Below are positions 43,756 to 44,333 of a stretch of 44,333 nucleotides of DNA, piece after piece. The notes under the pieces are model-generated. The model was not told the DNA's origin and searched no databases. It saw only the letters and a program-made list of their open reading frames with translations. Source of the DNA: Mitosporidium daphniae (Eukaryota). How positions within the stretch are numbered: the first letter of the stretch is position 1; the number at the start of each line of letters is the position of its first letter. The position numbers were made by a program, and so were the translations under genes. The DNA is taken from contig NW_013546500.1 of the NCBI RefSeq assembly GCF_000760515.2, positions 1-44,333 on the forward strand. Reading direction: 5' to 3'.

Positions 43756-44322
43756 ATGGCACCAAGGAAAAAGGCAAAAGCTTCACGTGCACCATTGGTG
43801 GATCTTCCTCCTGCTCGTAATTATTCCTCGTTTGACGACACTCCGAAGGAATTCAAATTTCTACTTGAGAGGACAAAAAACATTCTTGATAAATCTTCGG
43901 CTGCAGGGAAGCATCATCTCAACGTAAACCCCTCTTCTAACAAGTATCAGGGAAATCAAAAACGACATTCCAGTCAGCATGAAAAACTTGAGCTCCCAGC
44001 TTCAGACTCAAAAGGTAGTAAGACGAAACCTATAATAAAAAGCCTCTCTTCAAGCCCCCGTTCATCGTCCGGAGGAAAGCATTCTAAAAATGCTAGCCCT
44101 ACCCTTTCTAAAGGAATAGGTTCGAAAGCATCTAAATCGCCCTTGAAACGAAGAAAAATCTCGACTGTAGATAAAGTTCGGTTTGGTGAGGTAGTTCAGG
44201 CCCCCCCGCAATTAATGACCTTTCCTAAGCCCCTCGTAGCAAAGCAGTTGTCCCCCGAGCTTTTATTGATAAGGGAANGAGCAAAGATCCAATATCAAAA
44301 GTCCAAGCTAAAGCAAAAATAG
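43756..44322 (+). CDS. CCDC137-like nucleolar protein
   Basis: K/S-rich; DDTPKEF..L near the N-terminus and DKVRFGEVVQAPPQL near the C-terminus; one N at 44278. Confidence 0.65.
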   Translation: MAPRKKAKASRAPLVDLPPARNYSSFDDTPKEFKFLLERTKNILDKSSAAGKHHLNVNPSSNKYQGNQKRHSSQHEKLELPASDSKGSKTKPIIKSLSSSPRSSSGGKHSKNASPTLSKGIGSKASKSPLKRRKISTVDKVRFGEVVQAPPQLMTFPKPLVAKQLSPELLLIREXAKIQYQKSKLKQK

Positions 44323-44333
44323 ATAGATGGATG

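Overview
Eukaryotic nuclear DNA from a very compact, fungus-related genome. About 33 protein genes and one tRNA-Gly are packed into 44 kb, with many intergenic gaps of only 12-130 nt. Genes are interrupted by dozens of tiny (23-35 nt) GT-AG spliceosomal introns, so the ORF track fragments most of them; the gene models below were spliced by hand. Mitochondrial functions are retained (uL14m, uS2m, Ugo1, BCKDH E1-beta) alongside a microsporidian-type MFS transporter. This suggests a mitochondriate early microsporidian or rozellid such as Mitosporidium or Paramicrosporidium (inference, not verified). Housekeeping genes: BCP1, ACSL, EDC3, PIG-H, RFC small subunit, PIG-X, PTH2, KRI1, RPS1, ISY1, DGAT1, EAF3, MGMT, Nup1/153-like, G-beta, dUTPase, TRAPPC10, FAP7, RPD3, CCDC137-like. 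Most notable: (i) a signal-peptide-bearing non-RD Ser/Thr kinase, visible only after splicing, in tandem with a secreted beta-sandwich-repeat glycoprotein (candidate secreted effector locus); (ii) a divergent SUZ12/VEFS-box PRC2 subunit; (iii) a micro-intron system with degenerate signals, a likely GC-AG intron, several stop-less in-frame introns and a few long outlier introns; (iv) TTAGGG/telo-box motifs in intergenic regions; (v) gene-poor islands holding decayed, apparently secreted-protein ORFs. All family assignments are from motif recognition by eye, with no database search.
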